From contig NZ_CP042905.2 of assembly GCF_008000775.2 (NCBI RefSeq), positions 2,520,001 to 2,552,000 on the forward strand: a DNA stretch of 32,000 nucleotides, given 5' to 3'. The stretch comes from Promethearchaeum syntrophicum (GTDB lineage Archaea; Asgardarchaeota; Lokiarchaeia; Sigyniarchaeales; Promethearchaeaceae). The notes below the pieces were generated by a model. That model was given only the letters and a program-made list of their open reading frames with translations. It made no database searches and had not been told where the DNA came from. Below, piece after piece: positions 1 through 9,406 of this stretch (its first letter is position 1; each line of letters begins with the position of its first letter). The position numbers and the translations under genes were made by a program.

Positions 1-70
1 ATTTTTGACATAATATTAATTTATTTTTAGAAGTTATAATTTTTAATTGAAGTATTGTAAATGTATGTTT

Positions 71-997
71 CTAGAAATTACTTTTATTCAAATATTTCAG
101 CCCCGAATCAACCATTAACGTAACTACGGTAGCTGATGGACCTAATTGCTTAGCAATCTGTAGGGCTGCGACCACATTTGCTCCAGAGGAGATTCCTGCA
201 AATATTCCTTCTTCACGAGCAAGGCGTTTTGACATTTCTATCGCTTCTTCAGTTGAAACCAAAATTATCTGATCTGCAATATGTGTTTCCCACAGCGGAG
301 GAATAAATCCACTTCCTATTCCTTCTATATTATGTGCCCCTTTTGAGCCTCCAGATAATACAGGAGATTCTTTAGGTTCGACAGCTACAATTTTAATCGT
401 TGGATCAAATTTTTGTAAGATTGATGAAGTTCCCTTTATAGATACTGCAGTTCCAACCGAATGTACAAATGCATCTATCTGACCATGCGTTTGTTCCCAA
501 ATCTCTTCAGCTAAAGAATAATATCCGACAAGCGCATCTTTATTGTTGAATTGATTCGTCCAGTAGATATTCGGTGCTTTACTCATTTTTCTTGCAGTTT
601 CGATCATTTCTTCAATAAGTTCTTTGGTTGTTCCTCTCCCATGACTTGGAACAATGGTGATTTCCGCTCCTAAAGCTTTCATATGTTCTATTTTATCTTG
701 GCTAAAAGCATCCGATGTCACAATCTGAAGTTTGTATTCTTTTACCGTACAAACTAATGCTAGTGATGCACCCGTGCTTCCTCCAGTATATTCAATGATT
801 GTGTCTCCTTTTTTTAAACGACCGTCTTTTTCTGGTTCGTTGATCATTGCTTGTGCCATTCGATCTTTCATACTTCCTGTCGGATTTTCCATTTCTAATT
901 TAACAAGTATTTTTGCATGATTTGGATTTGCTACGTTGTGTAATTGCACCAATGAAGTATTACCAATAGTTTCAAGAATATTTTTATTAAGTTTCAA
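71..997 (-). CDS. cysK: Cysteine synthase / O-acetylserine sulfhydrylase (PLP-dependent)
   Basis: 308-aa ORF. It has the N-terminal 'IGNTSLVQL' and the PLP-lysine motif 'NPTGSMKDR'. The C-terminal 'GISSGANV' is typical of CysK/CysM, and there is no CBS-domain extension. Confidence 0.9.
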   Translation of the reverse strand: MKLNKNILETIGNTSLVQLHNVANPNHAKILVKLEMENPTGSMKDRMAQAMINEPEKDGRLKKGDTIIEYTGGSTGASLALVCTVKEYKLQIVTSDAFSQDKIEHMKALGAEITIVPSHGRGTTKELIEEMIETARKMSKAPNIYWTNQFNNKDALVGYYSLAEEIWEQTHGQIDAFVHSVGTAVSIKGTSSILQKFDPTIKIVAVEPKESPVLSGGSKGAHNIEGIGSGFIPPLWETHIADQIILVSTEEAIEMSKRLAREEGIFAGISSGANVVAALQIAKQLGPSATVVTLMVDSGLKYLNKSNF

Positions 998-1165
998 TTA
1001 TCCCACCCAACTTTTGAAATAATTATAATGTGTTAAAAAAATAAAATAAAAATTATGAATTGATAGAGATGTGGTCTTTTGAATTATGAAAACGGATAAG
1101 TATGTGAAGTATTTTGAAAGAAATAAAAGGAAATCTTTGGAAATAAAGTTCTTATCTTCTTTTAA

Positions 1166-1474
1166 TTATTTTATTAGGGATTCAGCAAATTTTTTTGCCT
1201 CTTTCGTATAATTTATCCATTTGTCCGAAAACTCAACAGGAATAATTACCCATTCTTTCATAATTTTTCCATTTCCCGGATCATAAGGTTTACCTTCTTT
1301 GATTCTTAAAAGTTCGTTTACTCGATCTTTTGGTAATTTTATTACAAAATTACCTTCTTTATTCAACATTGCAAACATTTTTTTCTTGATCTTGAGTGAT
1401 TCTCCCTGTTTTTGCACATCTCTCATTTTTAAAAAGTATTCTTTAATTTTTAGCCAATATTCCTCTGTTGACAT
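1166..1474 (-). CDS. Small hypothetical protein (possibly TfoX-N/YjbR-like fold)
   Basis: 102-aa ORF with clean ATG. The pattern 'KKMFAML..GNFVIKLPKDRVNELL...GKPYDPGNGKIMKEWVIIP' resembles TfoX N-terminal/YjbR-type small proteins. This is a weak motif-level call only. Confidence 0.5.
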   Translation of the reverse strand: MSTEEYWLKIKEYFLKMRDVQKQGESLKIKKKMFAMLNKEGNFVIKLPKDRVNELLRIKEGKPYDPGNGKIMKEWVIIPVEFSDKWINYTKEAKKFAESLIK

Positions 1475-1634
1475 TTTCTACTATGTATTATATTAAGGAT
1501 TAAATAAATTTTTTTGAAAAGGTTAGAAAACAATAATATAACACCCCATATGGATGATTTTTTTTATAATTTTTAATTCAGAAAGAAAATATGAAAAAAA
1601 ACATAGAGTGAACTTGTAGGATTCAATCAAAATT

Positions 1635-2693
1635 TTATAATGGTTTTCCACAGTGATTACAAAATTTATTATTGGGGAGTGAAACACTTCCACAGTGTTT
1701 GCAGAATTTAGCAGGGGTTGTAGTTTGTTGAGGTTGTGAATTGAACATAAATGGTGCACTTGTAGGCATTTGGGTAGATGGATATTGTTTTACTTTTTTA
1801 TTCTTTCGACTAACTAATTTGATCAATATTATAGGGATTCCAATAATGCCTACAACGATTCCAATTCCAGTCGCCCACCCTTCAATCCTATACTGATCAA
1901 AATCAGATTTTAGAAAACATTTAACAGTAAATCGGCTACTAGCATCAATTAAAAGTTTATAAGTCCCAGGTGTTAAGTCTATCGCCCTTAATTCAAATCT
2001 CTCTTCAACAAAGCTTGAACTTAATGTAAATTCATTGAAAAAAACAACACTATCTGCGTTTTCATTTAAAACTATTATATCGAAACTCATAGATATTGGA
2101 TCTTCATACCTAAAATCTATATATCCATAAACATACAATTGTGAATTTTCAGAATCTATAGTAAATAAACCTTCATTTGGGATTATATGCCTTCTAAGAC
2201 GTTTTCCATCATATCTATCAAGTGTTTCAGGAGCATCCCATTCACCATAACCTCCATCAAAATTATTGATTGATGATTCAAGTATTGAAAAATCAACTGT
2301 ATTTTGCCAAGGCATTCCAGAATAATCTTCGATAAAGATTTGAATACTTATAGAAGTAGCTTCCCATACTAGATAACCTTCACTAGAGCCTCTTTCTATA
2401 GCACTACCAACTCTTACTTCCATATAATCGTTTTCACCACTCCAAACAATACAGTACCATTTTCCAATTGTCGTGAACTGTGTTGTGTTATATGTTGTGT
2501 CAGGATCTATAATTACAGTTTCAGATCGTATTTCTTCTGGGTAGAATCCATCAATATCTTGTGCACATAATGGTGATTTATCAAAATTTAATGGATCTGG
2601 GATATCGTCTATTAATGTGATGGTACCAACAAAAGAAATTAAAACAAAAGCATATATAATACAAAATCCATAGAAATTTGTTATTTTGACCAT
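1635..2693 (-). CDS. Membrane-anchored protein with large extracytoplasmic domain and C-terminal zinc ribbon
   Basis: 352-aa ORF. It has an N-terminal hydrophobic segment 'FYGFCIIYAFVLISFVGTITLI' and a second TM 'GIGIVVGIIGIPIILIKLV'. A Q/P/T-rich linker then leads to 'CKHCGSVSLPNNKFCNHCGKPL' (CxxC-x9-CxxC). Confidence 0.7.
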   Translation of the reverse strand: MVKITNFYGFCIIYAFVLISFVGTITLIDDIPDPLNFDKSPLCAQDIDGFYPEEIRSETVIIDPDTTYNTTQFTTIGKWYCIVWSGENDYMEVRVGSAIERGSSEGYLVWEATSISIQIFIEDYSGMPWQNTVDFSILESSINNFDGGYGEWDAPETLDRYDGKRLRRHIIPNEGLFTIDSENSQLYVYGYIDFRYEDPISMSFDIIVLNENADSVVFFNEFTLSSSFVEERFELRAIDLTPGTYKLLIDASSRFTVKCFLKSDFDQYRIEGWATGIGIVVGIIGIPIILIKLVSRKNKKVKQYPSTQMPTSAPFMFNSQPQQTTTPAKFCKHCGSVSLPNNKFCNHCGKPL

Positions 2694-2930
2694 AGAAGCT
2701 ATTTTTTGTTATTGAATAAAAATTTTTCCAAGATATATTTCTAAAAAAAATCCTCAGATCAACACCAATATTAATTACTCTTAAATATCTCCTTAACAAA
2801 TTTATTTGGATATGTATAGGATTACAAAATTCCAACAACCTCTATATAAAAATTACTTGCCCAATTTATTCCATTGATGCATTAATTTTAATCTAAAATT
2901 ATAAAAATTAGCATAAATTAATCCAAATAT

Positions 2931-3464
2931 ATGAGTTATTCCTTTGATTTCATGTATGAGAAAATATTAAACAATGATTCCAAGTATAATGGAAAATTTT
3001 TTCCATGTGTCAAAACAACGAAAATATTCTGCCTTCCATCATGTAAAGCAAAAATACCACTCAGAGAAAACGTTGAATTTGTCTTTACTGCAGAACAAGC
3101 ACTTGAAAAGGGATATCGTCCTTGCAAGCGATGTTATCCGCTAAATTCCCCCGAATTTTATCCAGATTGGATGGAAGCAATTGAAGAATATTTAGTCGAA
3201 AACCTAAATCGAAAATTGTCAGATCTTGAATTATCTGAATTAGTTAATCTTGATATCTCTACAATAAGAAGATATTTCAAAAAAAAGTATTCCAAGTCAA
3301 TACAAGAATATCATAGATTTATTCGATTAAATGAAGCAAAAAAAAATTTGGGTGAAGGGGTTGATATAGGGAAAGTGGCATCATCAGTAGGATATAATTC
3401 AGTAAAAGGATTCAAACTTGCATTTAAGAAACAATTTGGAGAATTTACTAATGAAAAAAACTAA
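2931..3464 (+). CDS. adaA: Ada N-terminal-type methylphosphotriester-DNA methyltransferase fused to AraC-family HTH regulator
   Basis: 'VKTTKIFCLPSCKAKIPLRENVEFVFTAEQALEKGYRPCKRCYP' matches the four-Cys Ada zinc-binding domain. The C-terminal half has an AraC-type HTH ('ISTIRRYFKKKYSKSIQEYHRFIRLNEAKKNL...VGYNSVKGFKLAFKKQFG'). Confidence 0.9.
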   Translation: MSYSFDFMYEKILNNDSKYNGKFFPCVKTTKIFCLPSCKAKIPLRENVEFVFTAEQALEKGYRPCKRCYPLNSPEFYPDWMEAIEEYLVENLNRKLSDLELSELVNLDISTIRRYFKKKYSKSIQEYHRFIRLNEAKKNLGEGVDIGKVASSVGYNSVKGFKLAFKKQFGEFTNEKN

Positions 3465-3996
3465 AATAATATTGAAAGAAGTAAAAACCCCGATTGGGGA
3501 AATGGTGTTCGGTTCGTCTGAAAAAGGTTTATGCTTACTTGACTTTAAGTATCGAAAAAGTTTTCCGCGAATCCTCAAAAGAATTAAGGAATATTTTGGG
3601 GAAGACATAACCTATGGAACATCAAAAATTATTGAATTAGCAGAAAATGAGCTCAATCAATATTTACAAGGAGAATTAAAGATATTTACGGTTCCTTTGG
3701 ATATCAAAGGAAATGAATTCCAATTAAAAGTCTGGGAGGCATTATTACAAATAAAATACGGAAAAACTGTTTCTTATCTTGATATTGCAAAAAAAATAAA
3801 TAGACCTAAAGCGGTTCGGGCTATTGCCAATGCAAATGGACAGAATGGTATTGCTGTGATTATTCCTTGTCATAGAGTTATAGGTTCTGATGGATCCTTA
3901 ACAGGGTATGGGGGAGGAATAGCCATCAAGAAAAAACTAATTCGTCTTGAATCAAGATATGGGAAAAATAAAATTACAGATTTTATAAAAAAATAA
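3451..3996 (+). CDS. ogt: O6-methylguanine-DNA methyltransferase (MGMT/Ogt)
   Basis: Active-site motif 'IIPCHRVIGSDGSLTGYGGG' and 'TVSYLDIAKKINRPKAVRAIANANGQN'. I chose ATG 3451 (MKKTKIIL...), preceded by 'ggag', over the longer track ORF starting at 3418. The chosen start overlaps the upstream gene by 14 nt. Confidence 0.93.
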   Translation: MKKTKIILKEVKTPIGEMVFGSSEKGLCLLDFKYRKSFPRILKRIKEYFGEDITYGTSKIIELAENELNQYLQGELKIFTVPLDIKGNEFQLKVWEALLQIKYGKTVSYLDIAKKINRPKAVRAIANANGQNGIAVIIPCHRVIGSDGSLTGYGGGIAIKKKLIRLESRYGKNKITDFIKK

Positions 3997-4099
3997 ACTC
4001 TATTTGATATATCTAATGTAACCATCCTTTTATTTCATTGATGAGATTAAATCAATTTTCTGTAAGAATTTTTAATTCTATTTCGTTTAAAAATATAGT

Positions 4100-5011
4100 A
4101 TGGAGATTGAGAAAGATTCAGCTCTTATATTAAAGGAAAAAATCCAATCAAACGAAAAACTATCAGACCAACAAATACAGAATTTTTTACATCAGTCTTC
4201 TTTAATTGGGGAATTGTTAACTGTCCCAAAATGGAAACCAGATAAATTTGTGGGGCTTCGAGCGTACGAGTGGCGATTATTGGAACTCAGTGAAATTCCT
4301 TATACTTTTACTTTAGAAAAAGTGAAAGAGTGGTTGGGAATTTTAGTCAAATATTCAAATATTAAAGAAGGTTTTTCCCTTACGGGAACTTCAAATGGTT
4401 TATTGGCATGTCATAATGCAATGATAACTACGATTCTTATACGAATGAAATATCAAAATGAACAATTAATTAAACAAGGAATTGAATGGATTCTAAATTA
4501 TCAAAATACTGCTCGAAATCAAGATTGTTCATGGAAAGGTAAGGATTTATATATCAAATATGGAGGATGTATGAAAAAAACACCTTGTTATAATGGGGTT
4601 GTAAAATCTATGATTACTTTGACTGAATATTGTAGAAATTTTGAATGTACTCAAGAAATTAAAAAGAAATTAAAGATAGGATTGGAATATATTTTGCAGC
4701 ACTATGTATTTAAACGTTTGTCTTCAGATCAGCCCGTTGAAGATTCGATCATTCTAAATTTCTACCCATTTACCTATAAAACTAATATAATTGAAATTTT
4801 AAATCTTCTAGATTTGAATGATTTGTTAGAAGACCCAAGATGTAAAGAAGCAATTAATTTACTCATAAAAAGGCAAAGATCAGATGGATTTTGGCAATCC
4901 GACACATCTTTCATGAAAACCTCATGGATTAATTTTGATAAACTTAAATCTCCAGGATTATGGATTTCAAATTATATTCTACAATTTTTAAATACTTGGG
5001 TAAAATCGTGA
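4100..5011 (+). CDS. Hypothetical protein (possible alpha/alpha-toroid, prenyltransferase/terpene-cyclase-like repeats)
   Basis: 303-aa ORF. 'LIKRQRSDGFWQS' and 'ILNYQNTARNQDCSWKG' resemble QxxDGxW-type repeats. The assignment is weak. Confidence 0.55.
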   Translation: MEIEKDSALILKEKIQSNEKLSDQQIQNFLHQSSLIGELLTVPKWKPDKFVGLRAYEWRLLELSEIPYTFTLEKVKEWLGILVKYSNIKEGFSLTGTSNGLLACHNAMITTILIRMKYQNEQLIKQGIEWILNYQNTARNQDCSWKGKDLYIKYGGCMKKTPCYNGVVKSMITLTEYCRNFECTQEIKKKLKIGLEYILQHYVFKRLSSDQPVEDSIILNFYPFTYKTNIIEILNLLDLNDLLEDPRCKEAINLLIKRQRSDGFWQSDTSFMKTSWINFDKLKSPGLWISNYILQFLNTWVKS

Positions 5012-5030
5012 GATAATTTGATATTTTTTA

Positions 5031-6023
5031 ATGTATCAAATTAATGGAAAGTTCTTTTCATGTATACAAAAAAACTTTACAAATAACGGAATAAATATGA
5101 AAACTAGAGGAGAAATTAAATTGGAAAATGATTTTTTATGGTTCTTATTAGCTGTTGTCCTGATTTATTCTTTATATCGAATTTTTATGTTTATTATAAA
5201 AAAAATATTATATAAACGTAAATATCCCGTAAATGCCGTTAATGTATTAAAGCTTTTAATCCGAGTATTCACAATCATCTTATATACTATTGCTCTAATT
5301 GTTATTATTGAAATTCCCGATGAATATTTAATTTCGCTAACTTCTATTGGCGGTATTATTATTGGGTTTGCAGCTACCGAAATTATGAGTCAAATTATCT
5401 CAGGAATTTACATCATAACTGCAAAACCTTTTGGGGTAAATGATCTAATACAACTTGGTGATACTGAGGGAATTGTACTCGAGATCGGGATGAATTACAC
5501 TGTAGTGCAAAGAATTGATGGGACTCTTGTAAAAATTCCAAATAAGAAAATACTAGATAGCAATGTAAAAGATTATACTATTGAAATGAAGGATGAATTA
5601 GAAAAAAATGAAATTAATAAAGATACATTAGAAAAAATAAAAGAAATAAGTAAATCAACAGAAAAAAGAAAGAAATCTAAAATATCTTCATTATTAAGTA
5701 AAGATAATAAGAGAAATTTTAAAAAACTTTATAAGAATTTCACAGAATTAATTTTAGAACAAGAAATTACCAGGTATACTTTTAAAATCCAAGTGTATTT
5801 CGATGTAAAACCTGAAATTATGTTACGAAAACTCGATTTGATTTGTAAAAAATATGAATCAATTTATAAATATAAACCACTTTACTCTATCACAAATTTG
5901 AGTTATCGCGCTACGATTCAGTTCATTATTACTTGCCCAGATGCTCTAGTGATAGTTGATCAACAAGAGAAATTAATCAAAGATATTGTTGACATCCTTT
6001 ATCAAGAGGAGGAAATAATATAA
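5031..6023 (+). CDS. Mechanosensitive ion channel, MscS family (paralog 1)
   Basis: The pore helix plus beta domain 'GGIIIGFAATEIMSQIISGIYIITAKPFGVNDLIQLGDTEGIVLEIGMNYTVVQRIDGTLVKIPNKKILDSNVKDYT' is the classic MscS core. The start is uncertain (ATG 5031 or ATG 5097). Confidence 0.88.
   Translation: MYQINGKFFSCIQKNFTNNGINMKTRGEIKLENDFLWFLLAVVLIYSLYRIFMFIIKKILYKRKYPVNAVNVLKLLIRVFTIILYTIALIVIIEIPDEYLISLTSIGGIIIGFAATEIMSQIISGIYIITAKPFGVNDLIQLGDTEGIVLEIGMNYTVVQRIDGTLVKIPNKKILDSNVKDYTIEMKDELEKNEINKDTLEKIKEISKSTEKRKKSKISSLLSKDNKRNFKKLYKNFTELILEQEITRYTFKIQVYFDVKPEIMLRKLDLICKKYESIYKYKPLYSITNLSYRATIQFIITCPDALVIVDQQEKLIKDIVDILYQEEEII
6006..6012 (+). promoter_or_regulatory. Shine-Dalgarno-like site for the second MscS gene
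   Basis: 'gaggagg' lies 10 nt upstream of ATG 6023, inside the end of the upstream gene. Confidence 0.5.
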
Positions 6024-7012
6024 TGGAAGAAGGAGATTTTTTACTGAAACTTGGCTCCTTTTATATTGGAGAATGGGAAATTCCATTTTTGGGTTTGTTG
6101 ATTTTAGGAATAACGGTTATTTTACTATTTATTCTAATAAAATTATTTTCGAAAATTATGAAAAAACGACTAAGATTGAAAGGGATTCCGCCTGATATCT
6201 ATAATGGAACTAAATTCTTTCTTAGAATATTCATTGCATTTGGAGTGGTAATTTTAGTAACTTATCTACTTAACATCGACAAAAAATACCTCGCATTAAT
6301 TTCAGGTGTGGTTGGGACTGCTATTTCATTTGCTTCAATGAAAGCAATAAATAATTTCATTGCAGGGATATGGATTACATTAACTACACCATTTCAAGTA
6401 GGTGATTACGTCAAAATTGGTAATAAAGAGGGAATTATTATTGAAATCTCATTAAATTATACCAAATTGATGTATCAAGATAAAAATATAACCATGATCC
6501 CCAACATACAATGTTTGAAAACAAATATTATAAATTATTCAATTTCAAGCACATGGTTTGCCGATGAAATTTATAAGCTGGAATCTCAAATTGAAGATGT
6601 AATCGTAGAAAGTCTCAAAAAAGATCAAGAAATAATAAATTTCAAACACCAGAAACAGAAATTAGAACGAATGAAAAAAAATTATAAACAAATAAAAGAA
6701 ATTCAAAAAGCTATTGATGAAAAAAGTGTTGAATTAAACAAACGGCATTCAAAATATGTAGATGAAGATAAAATTGTAAGATATACATTTAGTGTTGCAC
6801 TTCAAAGAACTCCAAGTAAAAATTCCAAACATCTTGAAGAAATCTGTCAAAAATGGGCAAAGGAATTTGAGATCCAACCAAAATTTATAGTATTAGGTGT
6901 TGATGCACATATTCATTATTATTTTATAATCATAACACCTGATCCAATGGATATTATTGAATATATTGATGATTTCTACAAAGATATATACAAATATTTA
7001 TATTCTAGCTAA
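6023..7012 (+). CDS. Mechanosensitive ion channel, MscS family (paralog 2)
   Basis: MscS core 'GVVGTAISFASMKAINNFIAGIWITLTTPFQVGDYVKIGNKEGIIIEISLNYTKLMYQDKNITMIPNIQCLKTNIINYS'. The ATG overlaps the upstream stop (TAATG), and 'gaggagg' lies at 6006-6012. Confidence 0.88.
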   Translation: MEEGDFLLKLGSFYIGEWEIPFLGLLILGITVILLFILIKLFSKIMKKRLRLKGIPPDIYNGTKFFLRIFIAFGVVILVTYLLNIDKKYLALISGVVGTAISFASMKAINNFIAGIWITLTTPFQVGDYVKIGNKEGIIIEISLNYTKLMYQDKNITMIPNIQCLKTNIINYSISSTWFADEIYKLESQIEDVIVESLKKDQEIINFKHQKQKLERMKKNYKQIKEIQKAIDEKSVELNKRHSKYVDEDKIVRYTFSVALQRTPSKNSKHLEEICQKWAKEFEIQPKFIVLGVDAHIHYYFIIITPDPMDIIEYIDDFYKDIYKYLYSS

Positions 7013-7028
7013 TTTTTTTCATTTTTTT
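7013..7028 (+). terminator. Oligo-T tract, archaeal-type terminator candidate
   Basis: Two T7 runs (7013-7019 and 7022-7028) follow immediately after the stop of the MscS pair. Confidence 0.35.
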
Positions 7029-7259
7029 ATGTATCTAAATAGAATTCTATATCTAAGATTCTGAAAATTCTTTATTTTTATGAAATAATTATGCAAAAAT
7101 GTGAACTTTATAAATTTTAATTAAGATCTTCACCCATAATTTTTCCATTTAATACATTGAAATATGAAGTTGTCATATGAAATAATTAAGAATCTGTTGA
7201 AAATTGCAGTAAAAATAAAATATATTCGGGATTTACCAATTAAAATGTGAAATAGAATA

Positions 7260-9365
7260 ATGACTGATCTCAACCCAACCTTCCAATCTTATTTAGACAA
7301 AGCAGATGAATTGATAATCTCAAATCCAGCAAAAGCAGAAATATATTTACTGGATATTCTTAAAACCGTTTTTTCTCTTCGAGAAGTATTACAATTAAAA
7401 TTAAAACTTGCGTATGCTTTATGGAGTGAATCAAAAACTGATGATTCTTATAAGATTTATTTAGATGTTGGGAAAATTGCTCGTGAAAATTCATTTGAGG
7501 AAGAAATTGCAGATTCTCTTGAGGGAATGGCTTTATTTGCAGGATTAAAAGGAAAAATTAAAGAAGGTTTGGAAAATGTTGAAGAAGCAATTAGAATTTA
7601 TAGGAAATTGAAATTACCAGAAAAAGAAGCAAAAGCTAGTAATAATTATGGAATTATTCTCTATTATAACAACCAATTAGATAAAGCATTATTTTGGTTC
7701 AATAACACCTTAAAATTATCCACTTCTCAAAATTCTACTTACAACATTAGCGCTTTGGGTAATTCTGCATTAATTTTTCGCGCACGAGGAGAAATGCAAA
7801 AAGCTTTAGATTTTATAACTCGTGGATATAACCTTGCAACAAAAATTGGTCTGAATCGTGCAATTTCGACGTTTCAAAATAATATGGCTGATACATTGCG
7901 ATCAATGGGAAATTATGTTGAATCAAAGAAAAACTATGAAGAAGCTTTATTACGTGCAAGAGAAGCGAATGATAAACGAAATATTGGAATGCTTTCAATT
8001 GGATATGCAAATTATTGGATAGAATTAGGTGATTTAGTCCAAGGATTTGAATATTTAAAAGATGGATTCCAAATTTATGATGAAATGGATGATCCTTTCG
8101 GAAAAATTTTATCTTATGATGGATTTGCTCATTATTGGTCTGTAAAGGGAAATTTGAATAAAGCTGAAAAATATTTATTAAAAGCTTTAGATCTTAATGA
8201 AAAAATTTCAGTTTTAGAATTACAGGTTTCTATCCTTGTTTTACTCGCAGAAATATATGAAGGTTTAAAAAGATCTGACGATGCATATTATTATTTAGAA
8301 TTAGCAAATACATTAGCTAGAGAGAAAAAATCAAATTTAGCCCGTGCAGAAGTTTTACTTCAACGAGGTAGAAGTTTAATTACCAATTCTCAATTTAATG
8401 AAGCAAAATTAGTTTTAGATGAAGCACTTTGGCTTTCAAAAGAAATACCTCATATTGAAATACAGTTAACAGCTATGATGCTCCTAAGTAGATGTTTTCT
8501 TATTAGATTCGTGAAGAATTCTTTAGATACATCTTATTATGATCTGGCAGTTAAATATATTCAAGATGCAATAAAATTAACTAAAGAGAAAAATCTAATC
8601 CCGAATTATATTCATGCACTGGTAATTAGAGGAATGCTCTTTTCAATAAACGACGAGAATGAAAATGCAGAAAGAGACTTAACTGAAGCAATGAATTTGG
8701 CAAAAGAAAGAAACATGACAATTCAAGTAAGGAAAATGCAAGATCAGATTGCAATATTGAAAGGAAGCACAGATGATAAAATTCCAAAACAACAGATTAA
8801 AAATATTATAATAAGTTTTGCGATGCAAGAATTACGAAAAGCAACTACATCATATGTTGAAGCAACAATGACAGAGATAGATTTAGAAGATACATTTTTA
8901 ATTACTTATAAACTCGATGAAAAATTGGGACCTGTAATTCAAAATGTTGAAAATCTTAATTATAACAATCCAGAAACTCAACAGACTATTGCTGAAGTCG
9001 GAGCAGTTTATACTTTTTCCATCGGGCAAGGACAAAATTACAATGAAGGTTTATTCGGTCCTTTACCCTTTGGAAAAAAAAAACAAGCAATAATATATGC
9101 AAAAATGATGAAAGATTCTTCTCAAGTCTTAAAAAGATTAGATGGGAAAAATTTCATCCTTTTCACTTTAGTTTTCCCTTCAAAAATGGTTCAATTTTTC
9201 TATGATCGTCAAAAACTTACTCTAATTTTTGAAGATGAAATAAATAAAATTTCAAATGTTGAAGAAATCGACAAAATGTTTCTCAATAAATTACGAAAAA
9301 AAATTTTGTCAGAATTTATGAAGGATTTGTCTGGTGAATTTAATCTACATAAAAACGGGACATAA
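7260..9365 (+). CDS. TPR-repeat protein with distinct C-terminal alpha/beta domain
   Basis: 701-aa ORF. It has many 34-aa TPR-like repeats (recurring A/G/Y/L patterns such as 'NNYGIILYYNNQLDKALFWFNNTLKL' and 'ALGNSALIFRARGEMQKALDFITRGYNLA'). The last ~165 aa are non-TPR. Confidence 0.8.
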   Translation: MTDLNPTFQSYLDKADELIISNPAKAEIYLLDILKTVFSLREVLQLKLKLAYALWSESKTDDSYKIYLDVGKIARENSFEEEIADSLEGMALFAGLKGKIKEGLENVEEAIRIYRKLKLPEKEAKASNNYGIILYYNNQLDKALFWFNNTLKLSTSQNSTYNISALGNSALIFRARGEMQKALDFITRGYNLATKIGLNRAISTFQNNMADTLRSMGNYVESKKNYEEALLRAREANDKRNIGMLSIGYANYWIELGDLVQGFEYLKDGFQIYDEMDDPFGKILSYDGFAHYWSVKGNLNKAEKYLLKALDLNEKISVLELQVSILVLLAEIYEGLKRSDDAYYYLELANTLAREKKSNLARAEVLLQRGRSLITNSQFNEAKLVLDEALWLSKEIPHIEIQLTAMMLLSRCFLIRFVKNSLDTSYYDLAVKYIQDAIKLTKEKNLIPNYIHALVIRGMLFSINDENENAERDLTEAMNLAKERNMTIQVRKMQDQIAILKGSTDDKIPKQQIKNIIISFAMQELRKATTSYVEATMTEIDLEDTFLITYKLDEKLGPVIQNVENLNYNNPETQQTIAEVGAVYTFSIGQGQNYNEGLFGPLPFGKKKQAIIYAKMMKDSSQVLKRLDGKNFILFTLVFPSKMVQFFYDRQKLTLIFEDEINKISNVEEIDKMFLNKLRKKILSEFMKDLSGEFNLHKNGT

Positions 9366-9406
9366 CTCGAATATTTTTTAATAAAATTTCCAATTTTTCC
9401 CATTTT

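Noticed and set aside
3418-3450. A longer N-terminus for the MGMT gene (track start 3418)
   Set aside because: It would overlap the Ada/AraC gene by 47 nt. ATG 3451 gives a normal MGMT N-terminus (MKKTKIIL...) and has 'ggag' upstream.
7079-7188. An exact 13-nt direct repeat 'tatgaaataatta' at 7079-7091 and 7176-7188, upstream of the TPR gene
   Set aside because: It is a short repeat made almost entirely of A and T in an AT-rich intergenic region, so it is plausibly chance. No associated structure or ORF boundary was seen.
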